DNA of 64,000 nucleotides from Hormiphora californensis (taxonomy: Eukaryota > Animalia > Ctenophora), in NCBI GenBank assembly GCA_020137815.1, contig CM035357.1:496001-560000 (forward strand). The letters are read 5' to 3'. Below, one piece after another: positions 51,896-64,000 of the stretch; position 1 is the stretch's first letter, and every line of letters starts with the position of its first letter. Both the position numbers and the translations under genes were made by a program. Under the pieces are notes generated by a model. It had not been told where the DNA came from. It did not search any database and worked only from the letters and a program-made list of their open reading frames with translations.

Positions 51896-53171
51896 CAAAT
51901 TATTTTTAGTCAGATCTTCCCTAATTCCTGTGACATTATTCCGCCTGACTAATTCTCAAATTGTAAATAATTCTCCTAGTAAAGCTGCCTCTGAAAAACT
52001 AAAATCCCTGACATCAAATGTCGCAGATGTGTGTGTATAATACAGGTTATATTTGAGGTTTATTACAAGTGTTATTATTTGAAGGTTTGGTTTTTAATTA
52101 GACCATATATATATATTTCTCTCCTAGCTGTGTTGGGTTATTATTTGAGAGACTATTTTATCTTCAGAGAGAGAGTGCTGCGACACTCAGTTTGTGCATT
52201 TCTTGTAAATACTGCATCTTTGGTAAATACAGAAGTTGACCCGGCCCCTGCCCTTACTTACACTAACTTTCTCTACATGCACACGCTGTTGAGATCATCA
52301 CAACTTAACAGTGTGCAGAAAAGATCAGATATCAGAGTCAGACTTACAAACTAAGCCGTGTCAACTTCTTTTGTTTAGCCCCACTTTGCTGCTCACACTC
52401 AGTCCCTTGGTAAACAAGAATGAATTGAGTTTTATTTTGTACACACTTCCCTAGCTGCCAAGTGCCAGCCAAGTTAAGAAACAAATGCTCAACTAGCAAG
52501 TGCAACATTGAGATTCGAGTTGGCTGGCCGGAATTTGGGTAACATGGTTAGAGTGCGCGCGCGTGTAACGCGCAGCAAAATACGTTACGCTCACAATGTC
52601 TACTTTCACCACATGCGAGGGAGCGATTCGGCAGTCTATTTTTAGGTCACCTGACCTGATGATCACAACAACGCTTGTCACCAGCCTGGTCGCAAGAAAT
52701 AGCTCCAGGCTCCTGCGGCCTGCCTCCTTCGGCCGGAATTTGAATTACAATAACCCGAAACCGTAGAATACATCCAAGGCAAGCCATACCCCATATCGGA
52801 ACAAATTCAAAATACGGAGTTTTTTGGCGTTAATGAACTAAAATCATATCTGGTTGAAATAGACACACACTGTTAACAGTAATACAATATTATAAACCCC
52901 CACTCCAAATAAACAATAATTGTTGTGCCCCTTGATACCAATTCAGAAACAAAGAATAACACTTATCAACCTTCTTGCCCGACCAAAATAATGACACTTT
53001 CTCTCTCTCGCGCCTGATAATGTCTCTCGTTTTATCGCTTTTCGTCTTTTTTTGTTCATTTCAGAAAGAATAATAGCATTTTTTTACGGTTTCTTATGAC
53101 GAATACTTGACTTTTTAATCGGGAACAATGTATCTACCGACATGCCTTCCCTCATAGAGTTTCTTTCTCCC

Positions 53172-53257
<86 letters not shown>

Positions 53258-53357
53258 ACTCTCTCTCACTCTCTCTCTCTCTCACTCTCTCAATTGTCTC
53301 TGGCGTGATGCTCTCTGGCCACTCTAAACAAAATCTCACAATCCTCTCTTTCTCTCT

Positions 53358-55463
<2,106 letters not shown>

Positions 55464-56055
55464 CTCTCACATAACACTTTCACCTTGGTGCACTATCGGC
55501 TAAATTTGGAAGTGTGTAATTATTGCGTGATCGCAAAAAGTGAATGGATACAAAGCTGGGTACAAAACTGGGTACTGACGGAAAAGGTTCAAAATGGCAT
55601 TTTTGGCAAAATTGTAGCACTGCTAGTTGCTACATATATATATTAGCAAGGGGAAATATCGGTGATTCAAATGAAATATATGTAACAGTGTCTCTTTGCA
55701 AGCAGAGTATTTTGCCTTTGGGGCTGTTGGGAGACCCTGCAGTACTGGAGTATCAAATAAATAGTAAGTTACCACTAAATAGTGAACCATAATAAAGTTC
55801 AAGAGCGTCCCAGCGCACCAGGTCCAAGAGCGCACTAGGACCAGGAGAGCACCCCATCAAGAAGAGACCCTAGTAAAGGTCGTGCGACCATTTCTGGTGA
55901 AAATGGGCCCATTTACGAACATTAATGCGCCCATCCTCAACAATATGTACACATTTTCGCTGAAAATGTCCGTTTCAAGCGACTTGAGCTGCACGTTTTT
56001 TCCGTTCGGAGGGCGCTCAGATCACCACACGCAGGGTATACAACGCACTGAAGAT

Positions 56056-57446
56056 AGCTGGTATTAATAAACGGGGATTCGCGGATTCGCGGATAATGTC
56101 CCGGATCGCGGATAAAATCGCGGATAATTAATCCCGGATTGGATCGCGGATCGCGGATAAGTAATTGCGGATTGCGGATCGGGGATAAGTGATCGCGGAT
56201 TGCGGATCGCGGATTGCGGATTGCGGATCGCGGATCGCGGATTGCGGATTGCGGATCGGGGATAAGTAATCGCGGATTGCGGATTGCGGATCGCGGATTG
56301 CGGATCGCGGATCGCGGATTGCGGATCGCGGATTGCGGATCGCGGATAAGTAATCGCGGATTGCGGATCGCGGATAAGTAATCGCGGATAAGCAATTGCG
56401 GATTGCGGATTGCGGATCGCGGATAAAAAATCGCGGATAAAAAATCGCGGATAAAAAATCGCGGATAAAAAATCGCGGATAAAAAATCGTGGATAACAAA
56501 TCGCGGATAAAAAATCGCGGATAAAAAAATCGCGGATAAAAAATCGCGGATAACGTTTTTATCTCTTTTTAGGCAACTTGTGGTCATTCTTAGGTGATTT
56601 TGATCGATTCCAGGTCATTTTGCTCATTTCTATGTCAATTTGGCCATTTCTGTACCATTTCTTGGCCACGTTGGTCAATTCTAGTTAATTTCCAGGTCAT
56701 TCCTGTATATAGTGCATTGTGCTAGACCAATTTCGTGTGGATTTAGATGGTTCTAGGACACTTCGGTCATATTAGAGTCCTAAAAGTATCCAAATATACA
56801 CATAAATTACTCGTAATTGACCAAAGTGTCCCAGAACCATCTAAATCCACACGAAAATGGTCTAGCACAATGCGCTGTATACAGGAATGACCTGGAAATG
56901 AACTAGAATTGACCAACGTGGCCAAGAAATGGTACAGAAATGGCCAAATTGACATAGAAATGAGCAAAATGACCTGGAATCGATCAAAATCACCTAAGAA
57001 TGACCACAAGTTGCCTAAAAAGAGATAAAAACGTTATCCGCGATTTTTTATCCGCGATTTTTTATCCGCGATTTTTTATCCGCGATTTGTTATCCACGAT
57101 TTTTTATCCGCGATTTTTTATCCGCGATTTTTTATCCGCGATTTTTTATCCGCGATTTTTTATCCGCGATTTTCTATCTGCGATTTTTTATCCGCGATCC
57201 GCAATCCGCAATCCGCGATCCGCAATCCGCGATTACTTATCCGCGATCCGCAATCCGCGATCCGCAATCCGCGATCCGCAATCCGCAATCCGCGATCCGC
57301 AATCCGCGATCACTTATCCCCGATCCGCAATCCGCAATTACTTATCCGCGATCCGCGATCCAATCCGGGATTAATTATCCGCGATTTTATCCGCGATCCG
57401 GGACATTATCCGCGAATCCGCGAATCCCCGTTTATTAATACCAGCT
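56056..57446. mobile_element. Foldback-type element with long modular inverted arms
   Basis: Termini AGCTGGTATTAATAAACGGGG, flanking GAT direct repeat. Arms are built of GCGGAT(T/C)-based and AAAAATCGCGGAT tandem units plus ~230 bp of unique sequence; short central spacer ~56784-56808. Confidence 0.85.
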
Positions 57447-58511
57447 GATGTCACACACGCAAATACAACGCCGCGGACATCTTCTTTGCATGGTAGATCC
57501 CCTGCGTTTGATCTCTTCTGGATGGGGTGCACTCTTCTGGACAAATTTTTTTTTTTTAAAAAGGAAAAAATTTTGATCTTAGAAATTAAAATTTTATTTA
57601 TATGTAAAAAACAGTGCGCGCTGCTGCGCGTCGTAATTTTGTTATTTGCTCGTATCTCTACTTTTGACGCCGCGCAGCAGTGTTTTTTAAACCGGCCGTG
57701 CCGGGACCGCGATACGACCGACTGAGCTCAGCTGAGTCAAACTTTAAAGTCTGAGCTTTCGGTTGGAAAGCACTGCCTTACCGGGGGCCAGCAGCGTTTA
57801 CCAAAGCTTTCAGTTGAAAAGCGTAGAACAGCGGCGTTTGCCAAAGCTTTCGGTGTCGTTGAAAAGCGCTGCCTTATCCCTATCAGGGGCCAGCAGCGTT
57901 TGCCGATGGGTGTCGCCTTTCGGTTTGTTATTTCGTTTTAAAACTGATGATGCGGGACACCGGACACTGTTTAGACTTTAGGTTACTCAGCCACATGGCA
58001 CTCTCTCCAGTTACCAATGAGGCCCCTCGGAAATGTTCAAGTCATGCACAATCAAGTCACGCCCACCAATCACAGCTCAGAACGCGCGAAGATTGAAGAC
58101 CTATCTCTTCGAAAAGTCATATGGCCCCTGACCTGTAACCCAAGTTGTCTGTTAGTCTGTATTCTGTGTTTCCCACAGTGTAATCTGTACCTGTTTTAAC
58201 TAACTTATTACCTGTCCGTGTCATTATGTGTGCTGTGTACAATGTACATACAGAGTGTGAAACTATGTACTTGTTTGTTTGCCATGGGCTTATGAGAGTA
58301 AATGTGCACAAGTTTTTTTATCCTTTTGTGTGAGACTACTTGTAGATTTGGAGACTGTATTTTTGTGAGTCGTGCCGAGTTGTGAGTCGTGTGATGTGGG
58401 TTACGTATTGCAAAGAGTATTGATTGCTCTAGTGCAAGCGTTATGTGTGTGAATTATGCGTGTTGGACATTTTTTTTCTCCATGGCATATTTCTTGGTCT
58501 ACTATGGTGCA

Positions 58512-58638
58512 CCGCTTTAGAAAACAGTAGAACTGCTCTAGCGTATATATTTTTATAGCGATATCTTTTTTACGATAATATGTTTAAAAGCGGGATATTA
58601 AGTGTAAAATTTGATTTGATTTGATTTGATTTGATTTG
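58512..58638 (+). mobile_element. L2/CR1-type LINE or SINE 3' end
   Basis: CCGCTTTAGAA...AAAGCGGGATAT followed by an (ATTTG)n tail. Confidence 0.55.
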
Positions 58639-58663
58639 CGAAGCACTCTGCACGTTCTGAGCT

Positions 58664-59323
58664 GTGATTGGTGGGCGTGACTTGATTGTGCATGACTTGA
58701 ACATTTCCGAGGGGCCTCATGGCTGTGAACAAATGAAGAGATCGCAAAAGGAGAAAGAATGCGCCTTTAAGGATGTGTCGAATGGAGAAGATATCAATTT
58801 GTACCGGAAACCTTTCAACTCGAATACGGCTCAGGTTGCCGGTGGAGCGACAGCCATTGCGGGAGGGGCTACATTAGGTACTCTATACCTCACCGGGTTC
58901 ACTTCAGGGGGAGTTTTGACTGGATCTATTGCAGCTACTGTCCAGTCGATGATTGGAAATGTAGCCGCTGGATCTCTGTTTGCTACACTTCAAAGCCTCG
59001 CTGCTACTACCTTCATTGGTACTGCTGCTGCACCTGTTTTGGCGACAGCCGCTGTATGTGGAGGTATGGCTGTTATAGCGAAAAATCACCCTCGATTCAC
59101 CAACCAACATGTTCCGAAATCTAAACATATCAAAAATGGAATTGAGGCTTCTACCGCAAACCAAAATATAGCAATAGTTGACGAAGAAGAGATAGATTGT
59201 GCGGAAGGGGCAGATATGAATACTCAATCAGTCGCTGAATTAACTGCATCTGGAGTGCCGGCTGATTCTTCTTCAGCTACAATTGACTCTCCCCGCCATT
59301 TCCCTTTAATACTTTCTAAATAG
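58664..59323 (+). CDS. IFI6/IFI27 (ISG12)-domain protein, copy 1 (5' end uncertain)
   Basis: GFTSGGVLTGSIAATVQSMIGNVAAGSLFATLQSLAA is the ISG12 motif; paralogous to 60613-61188. Confidence 0.75.
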   Translation: MIGGRDLIVHDLNISEGPHGCEQMKRSQKEKECAFKDVSNGEDINLYRKPFNSNTAQVAGGATAIAGGATLGTLYLTGFTSGGVLTGSIAATVQSMIGNVAAGSLFATLQSLAATTFIGTAAAPVLATAAVCGGMAVIAKNHPRFTNQHVPKSKHIKNGIEASTANQNIAIVDEEEIDCAEGADMNTQSVAELTASGVPADSSSATIDSPRHFPLILSK

Positions 59324-60332
59324 GCCAGTCACTTTTTGCTTAATTGGTGAACTGAGACATAACAAAGGTTTTCCACTTGCATTGTACTCCTATGGGGTCC
59401 TAGAAACACCAAAAAAATTGTTCACTCCAACCGAGGTGAAGAAAGTGCCCAAAATGGCCACGCCCTTTTTGCCTGTATTTCAGCCTTGACCAAAAATAGC
59501 AACTTTGCTTTGGATTGGAGTAGAAACGTAAATGAGGGCACTAAAATGTGTAGAATGAGCAGCAGAATCGATTGGTACCAAGCAGAAGTCGTTATCTCAT
59601 CAGGTTCGAGAGATAATTGGATAATTAGGTATGCGCATAACCGTTTTTGAGCCATATGGCTATAGCCGCTCAGGAGCGGTTTCAGAAATTTTGCTTCACA
59701 GGAGCTTGTTCAGCATATAAAAATTAGTGGGGGTAACAAATATGAAGTTTTTATCGCATAAGGTCAATGAGTTATTCAACTTTAAAGATCGAAAAATGAG
59801 GGTAAAATGAAGGAAAATGAACCAAATTTCGACTTTTTACCCCCATTTTTCGACCTTTAAAGTTGAATAACTCATTGACCTTATGCAATAAAAACTTCAT
59901 ATTTGTTACCCCCACTAAATTTTATATGCTGAACAAGCTCCTATGAAGCAAAATTTCTGAAACCGCTCCTGAGCGGCTATAGCCATATGGCTCAAAAACG
60001 GTTATGCACATACCTAATTATCCAATTATCTCTCGAACCTGATGAGATAACGACTTCTGCTTGGTACCAATCGATTCTGCTGCTCATTCTACACATTTTA
60101 GTGCCCTCATTTACGTTTCTACTCCAATCCAAAGCAAAGTTGCTATTTTTGGTCAAGGCTGAAAATACAGGCAAAAAGGGCGTGGCCATTTTGGGCACTT
60201 TCTTCACCTCGGTTGGAGTGAACAATTTTTTTGGTGTTTCTAGGACCCCATAGGAGTACAATACAAGTGGAAAACCTTTGTTATGTCTCAGTTCACCAAA
60301 CGGCCCCAAAATGACAAAAAATGACTGGCCTA
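59321..60332. mobile_element. Palindromic non-autonomous DNA transposon (Academ-type termini), related to 42608-43612
   Basis: ~485-bp inverted arms, termini TAG...CTA, 3-bp TSD AAA. Shares the GGCCACGCCCTTTT and AGATAATTGGATAATTAGGT.TGCGCATAA..ATATGGCTATAGCC blocks with the other element. Confidence 0.85.
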
Positions 60333-60612
60333 AAACTCTAAAACCAGACTTCCCATAGCTGAAAACCTGCCAGATGGTAGTTCCACGCGAGGGGATTCGA
60401 AAGGGGGAACACAGTGTTCTTGTGCCACTTTATCGTTGTTTTGTTCACTTAAAATTGCAAGCTAACCAAGCTCACAGTTATCATACCATTTACTAAGATG
60501 GCGTCCAATGACTGTGAGGCCAACGTTTCATTACTGAAAGCCGTGATTTTTTAGTAATTTAGTATCCCGATAATCGTATCTTTCTGTAACCAAATTCTTA
60601 CTCTATTCAGTA

Positions 60613-61188
60613 ATGTCAAGTCCAGATTACATCACGCTGACCACCTTGCTGACTTTCTTGGTGGAGTCAGGGGACAGGGAGCTCACGCTGGAGGCTCTCA
60701 AAGAACGCGTGAGAAACTACCCTGGTTTTACCCACCTTGAATTCCCGGAATCTGAACATATGAGAGCTCTCGAGGCGATAAGACAAGTGAAGAGATTGCA
60801 AAATGAGGAAGGTTGTCCATTGAAGCATGTACCTGAGATATATGGAAGTGAAGATGAAAAGTTTTACCGAAAGTCGGATGACTCAAATGCGGCGCTAATC
60901 GCTGGGGGAGTTGCTGGGGTTGCCGGAGGAGCAACAGCCATTGCGGGCGGGGCAGCGGTCGCAACGCCATATCTAGCTGGATTCAGTACAACGGGAGTTG
61001 TTGCTGGCTCTGCCGCGGCTGGTGCCCAGGCTGCGATCGGGAATGTAGCCGCTGGATCTCTGTTTGCTACACTACAATCTATCGCTGCTACGACTTTCTT
61101 AGGCACTCTTGCCGCACCTGTTTTGGGGGCAGCCGCTGTTGTTGCAGGGGTGGCTGCCATCCACAAAAAAGGGAAAGAGAAAAAGTGA
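60613..61188 (+). CDS. IFI6/IFI27 (ISG12)-domain protein, copy 2
   Basis: AGFSTTGVVAGSAAAGAQAAIGNVAAGSLFATLQSIAA, preceded by a ~90-aa soluble N-terminal region. Confidence 0.85.
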   Translation: MSSPDYITLTTLLTFLVESGDRELTLEALKERVRNYPGFTHLEFPESEHMRALEAIRQVKRLQNEEGCPLKHVPEIYGSEDEKFYRKSDDSNAALIAGGVAGVAGGATAIAGGAAVATPYLAGFSTTGVVAGSAAAGAQAAIGNVAAGSLFATLQSIAATTFLGTLAAPVLGAAAVVAGVAAIHKKGKEKK

Positions 61189-62075
61189 ACTGTCATGTAA
61201 AAACGGACAATAAACGATGATAGTTAGTACAGATTTTTATATTTGTTCAATCATGTTTTTTCTAATGATTTAGTTTTTGTTTCCCCGTGAAAATTTTAAC
61301 AGGGTATCCACTGACCAGAAAGATACACTGTTATCGGTGACCCAAGTTCCAACCTCTGGTGTCTGGCCCGTTCAAAATTTGTTTCTTGTGCCCAGATAAC
61401 CCTAACCCTGTTTTCCAATTATTCAAATAACACTCCCTCTGTTATAGCTCAATGGAAGGCCAGCAAAGCTCATAATTAGCTTATTGGTAAGTACACAAAC
61501 TTTTTTACCTTTCTCTCTCCCTTATCTCCATATCACATATGTGCATGGTTCTGAAAGAACAGTCGCTTTTTCAAAGAATACATCGCGATATCTGCATATT
61601 CTTGACCACCCAACATGGTCACTCACTCAAGGATTGTGCGGGCGCGGGAGACAACATCCTAAGTTGTGTGAAGAGTTGGTATTGTGCGCGCACGATCCAA
61701 GCGAACACTCCCGCCATTCCTACCCTTTCTTCCCCAGAGTCTCCCAATCGGGAAATGGGTGGAATTGAGTCCCAGCAGCCTCACAGTTACCACACCCATC
61801 AGATTAGGAATTATTTCGATAAACCTCATATTTTCAGTACGCAGGATTCTTGTGTTACGAAGTGTCAGAACAGTTACCCTCCTTTGTCGATCGTTCCCCT
61901 CTCTCTCATCCGTAAGTTGCAACATCTATTCTGATTAATGATCATTAACGTAGCACCCCCTCTTTTCCAGAGAATGTAATTCTCCATTCTCCTCCTTCCC
62001 TACGTTACCCCCTGTTGTTACCCCCATATTATTACCCCCTATTGTTAGCACTCTCTCTTTCCCACTCTCCAGAGA

Positions 62076-64000
62076 ATGTCGTTCTCCTCTTCTGATGATG
62101 AGGGAGCCTCAGCTGCTTCCAAGAAGAAGGCACCCCGAATGAGCATTGAGAGGATATACCAAAAGAAATCTCAGTTGGAACATATTCTCCTCCGGCCAGA
62201 TACTTACATTGGATCTGTAGAGTCTTACAATCAGGTAAAGGCGATTAGTTTATATCTTTTCATATAATCCCCTACAATATCTCTACACTCCCCTAATCTT
62301 CTGCAATATCTCTACTCCTCCCCTCTATCTGCTAACCCAACAGTCCCCTCTCCTAATCCCCTGCAATATCACTCAGCAAATGTGGGTGTTTGACGAGGGA
62401 ATTGGATTCAACTACCGAGAGATAACCTACGTGCCGGGTCTATACAAGATATTTGATGAGATTCTTGTTAATGCTGCTGATAATAAACAACGTGATCCTA
62501 ACATGAGGAAGATCAAGATTGACATCAAACCGTTAGTTTTAGGGGGAATTAGATCTTGGTCTTGGAGGGATTTGGAGGTGTTGATCCTTGAGAGAATTAT
62601 GGGGTTAGAGATTTGGGTTTAGTTTGTAACTACCCAGAGTAGACAATAATTTCTAAAATCCCATTATATCCGACCCAACAGAGAGGACAAAAGTTTGGGT
62701 TTATAGTTTGTTAGTAGTAGAACAAAGAAGACAACAAAATTAAAATTCCGTTCTTCAGGGAGGACAATAAGATCACAATTATGAACGACGGAAAAGGGAT
62801 TCCAGTACAGGTCCATAAGGAGCATGACATGTATGTTCCCACCCTTATCTTTGGACATCTCCTTACCTCTTCTAACTATGATGATTCCCAGAAAAAGGTT
62901 CGTTGTTTATTCTGAAAGTTAGATGACCCAACATCGCCCGCTCCAGTGGCTCTAAGAAGAAGGTGTTTTTCATCGTGTTAAAATCTCGCAGGTTACAGGG
63001 GGAAGAAACGGTTTCGGTGCAAAGTTGTGCAACGTTTTCAGTACAAGCTTCACTGTGGAAACATCCAGTAAATCAAGCGGGAAGTAAGTTTTGTTTCCTA
63101 ATTTCTAACATTTTACCTCGTTCTACCTACTACGGCTCCAGTTAGAGATTTTGCGACTGACGTTAGTTACAATGAAGCAGGCCCCTGCTGACACTGCTGA
63201 CACTGCCGCGCGCGCTACTTTACATGCAATTCACATCGAAAACCCTGCTAGTCAACGAAGATTTGGCGCGCACAGGGACTCTCCCAGCTTGCGCCAGTTG
63301 CAGACTGGAGGCTGGCGCCAGAAACTGGAGCCAGCCTCCAATCTGCAACTGGAGCGTACTGAGCCACCCCTTCAGAAGATTGTTGTGTTCTAACCCTCCT
63401 TTACCGGAGCACGGAGAGAGTTGCCTTGCTCGACCCTCTTTCTGTGGGCTCCGGAAATGTAAAGGAGGGTTAGAGATAGAGAGGGTCGAACAAGGCAACT
63501 TCAGACAAACACTCGTCAATCCCCTCCTTCTATCCCAGATATTTCAAGCAAGAATGGAGGGATAACATGAGCACAGCAGGAAAGGTCCTCACTTCGTCAG
63601 CCAAGAGTACAGATTTCACACGGGTCTCCTTCCAGCCAGACCTGGCCAAGTTTGGAATGTCCTCCCTGGAGCGGGATACAGTTGCACTAATGAAGCGGAG
63701 AGCTTATGATGTTGCTGCAACATGTCCTGGTGTTTCGGTAAGTAGCTGTCACATCTCAACTGAATTGTTGCTGTTTTTCCAGGCCATCTTGTGGCTTTAT
63801 TGAACGATGAAGATTGAACGAGATGCCCCCTTTATTTATATCAAGCCAGTTTCTAATAAGAGCTACATCATAATACCCCCAGTTTCTAAGACTCCCTCTT
63901 CAGGTTGAACTGAATGGTGAGCGACTACCAGTTAAGAACTTCAAAGACTACTGTAACATGTATATAGCGGCCAGTAGGAATGACGAGGTGGATGAGGAGA
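62076..64000 (+). CDS. TOP2: DNA topoisomerase II, 5' part (ATPase domain); runs off the window
   Basis: IERIYQKKSQLEHILLRPDTYIGSVE; VPGLYKIFDEILVNAADNKQRD; NDGKGIPV; IFGHLLTSSNYDD; VTGGRNGFGAKLCNVFS; FQPDLAKF..MKRRAYD. Confidence 0.98.

Noticed and set aside
55937-57374. Mirror-image ORFs (SAIRNPR repeats), and likewise 59422/59987
   Set aside because: By-products of inverted-repeat elements; no transposase motifs.
61539-61934. 131-aa ORF upstream of TOP2
   Set aside because: Non-ATG start, no recognisable motif, lies after a donor-like GTAAGT at 61487, so probably a 5'UTR intron or intergenic.

Overview
Gene-dense, intron-rich animal DNA, not prokaryotic. By inference it is a ctenophore (Pleurobrachia-like), based on a secreted-protein domain and a short dispersed repeat that I recall from that lineage. 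Minus strand: a tightly packed trio of cilia/centrosome genes (CEP126-like, ENO4, WDR35/IFT121); WDR35 carries a nested antisense gene. Further along are a secreted-domain gene (possibly a pseudogene), MORN5, a TSGA13-like gene, a GPI-anchored multi-sushi gene, Bicaudal-D, MAP1LC3, two IFI27/ISG12-like genes and the 5' part of TOP2. Mobile DNA includes two ~1 kb palindromic Academ-type elements, a nested-palindrome TA-TSD element, a foldback element, a Crypton-like insertion, an ORF1-only LINE-like element and LINE 3' remnants. The strongest unexplained signal is that at least 15 exon-intron junctions in 6 genes are tandemly duplicated into their own intron ('splice-junction echoes', up to ~16 copies). 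One echo forms an AG|GTAAGT recursive-splice-like site. Positions 1-1760 and ~27690-29720 look like low-quality consensus. Gene calls come from motif recall and manual exon reading, with no database search, so exon boundaries are approximate.
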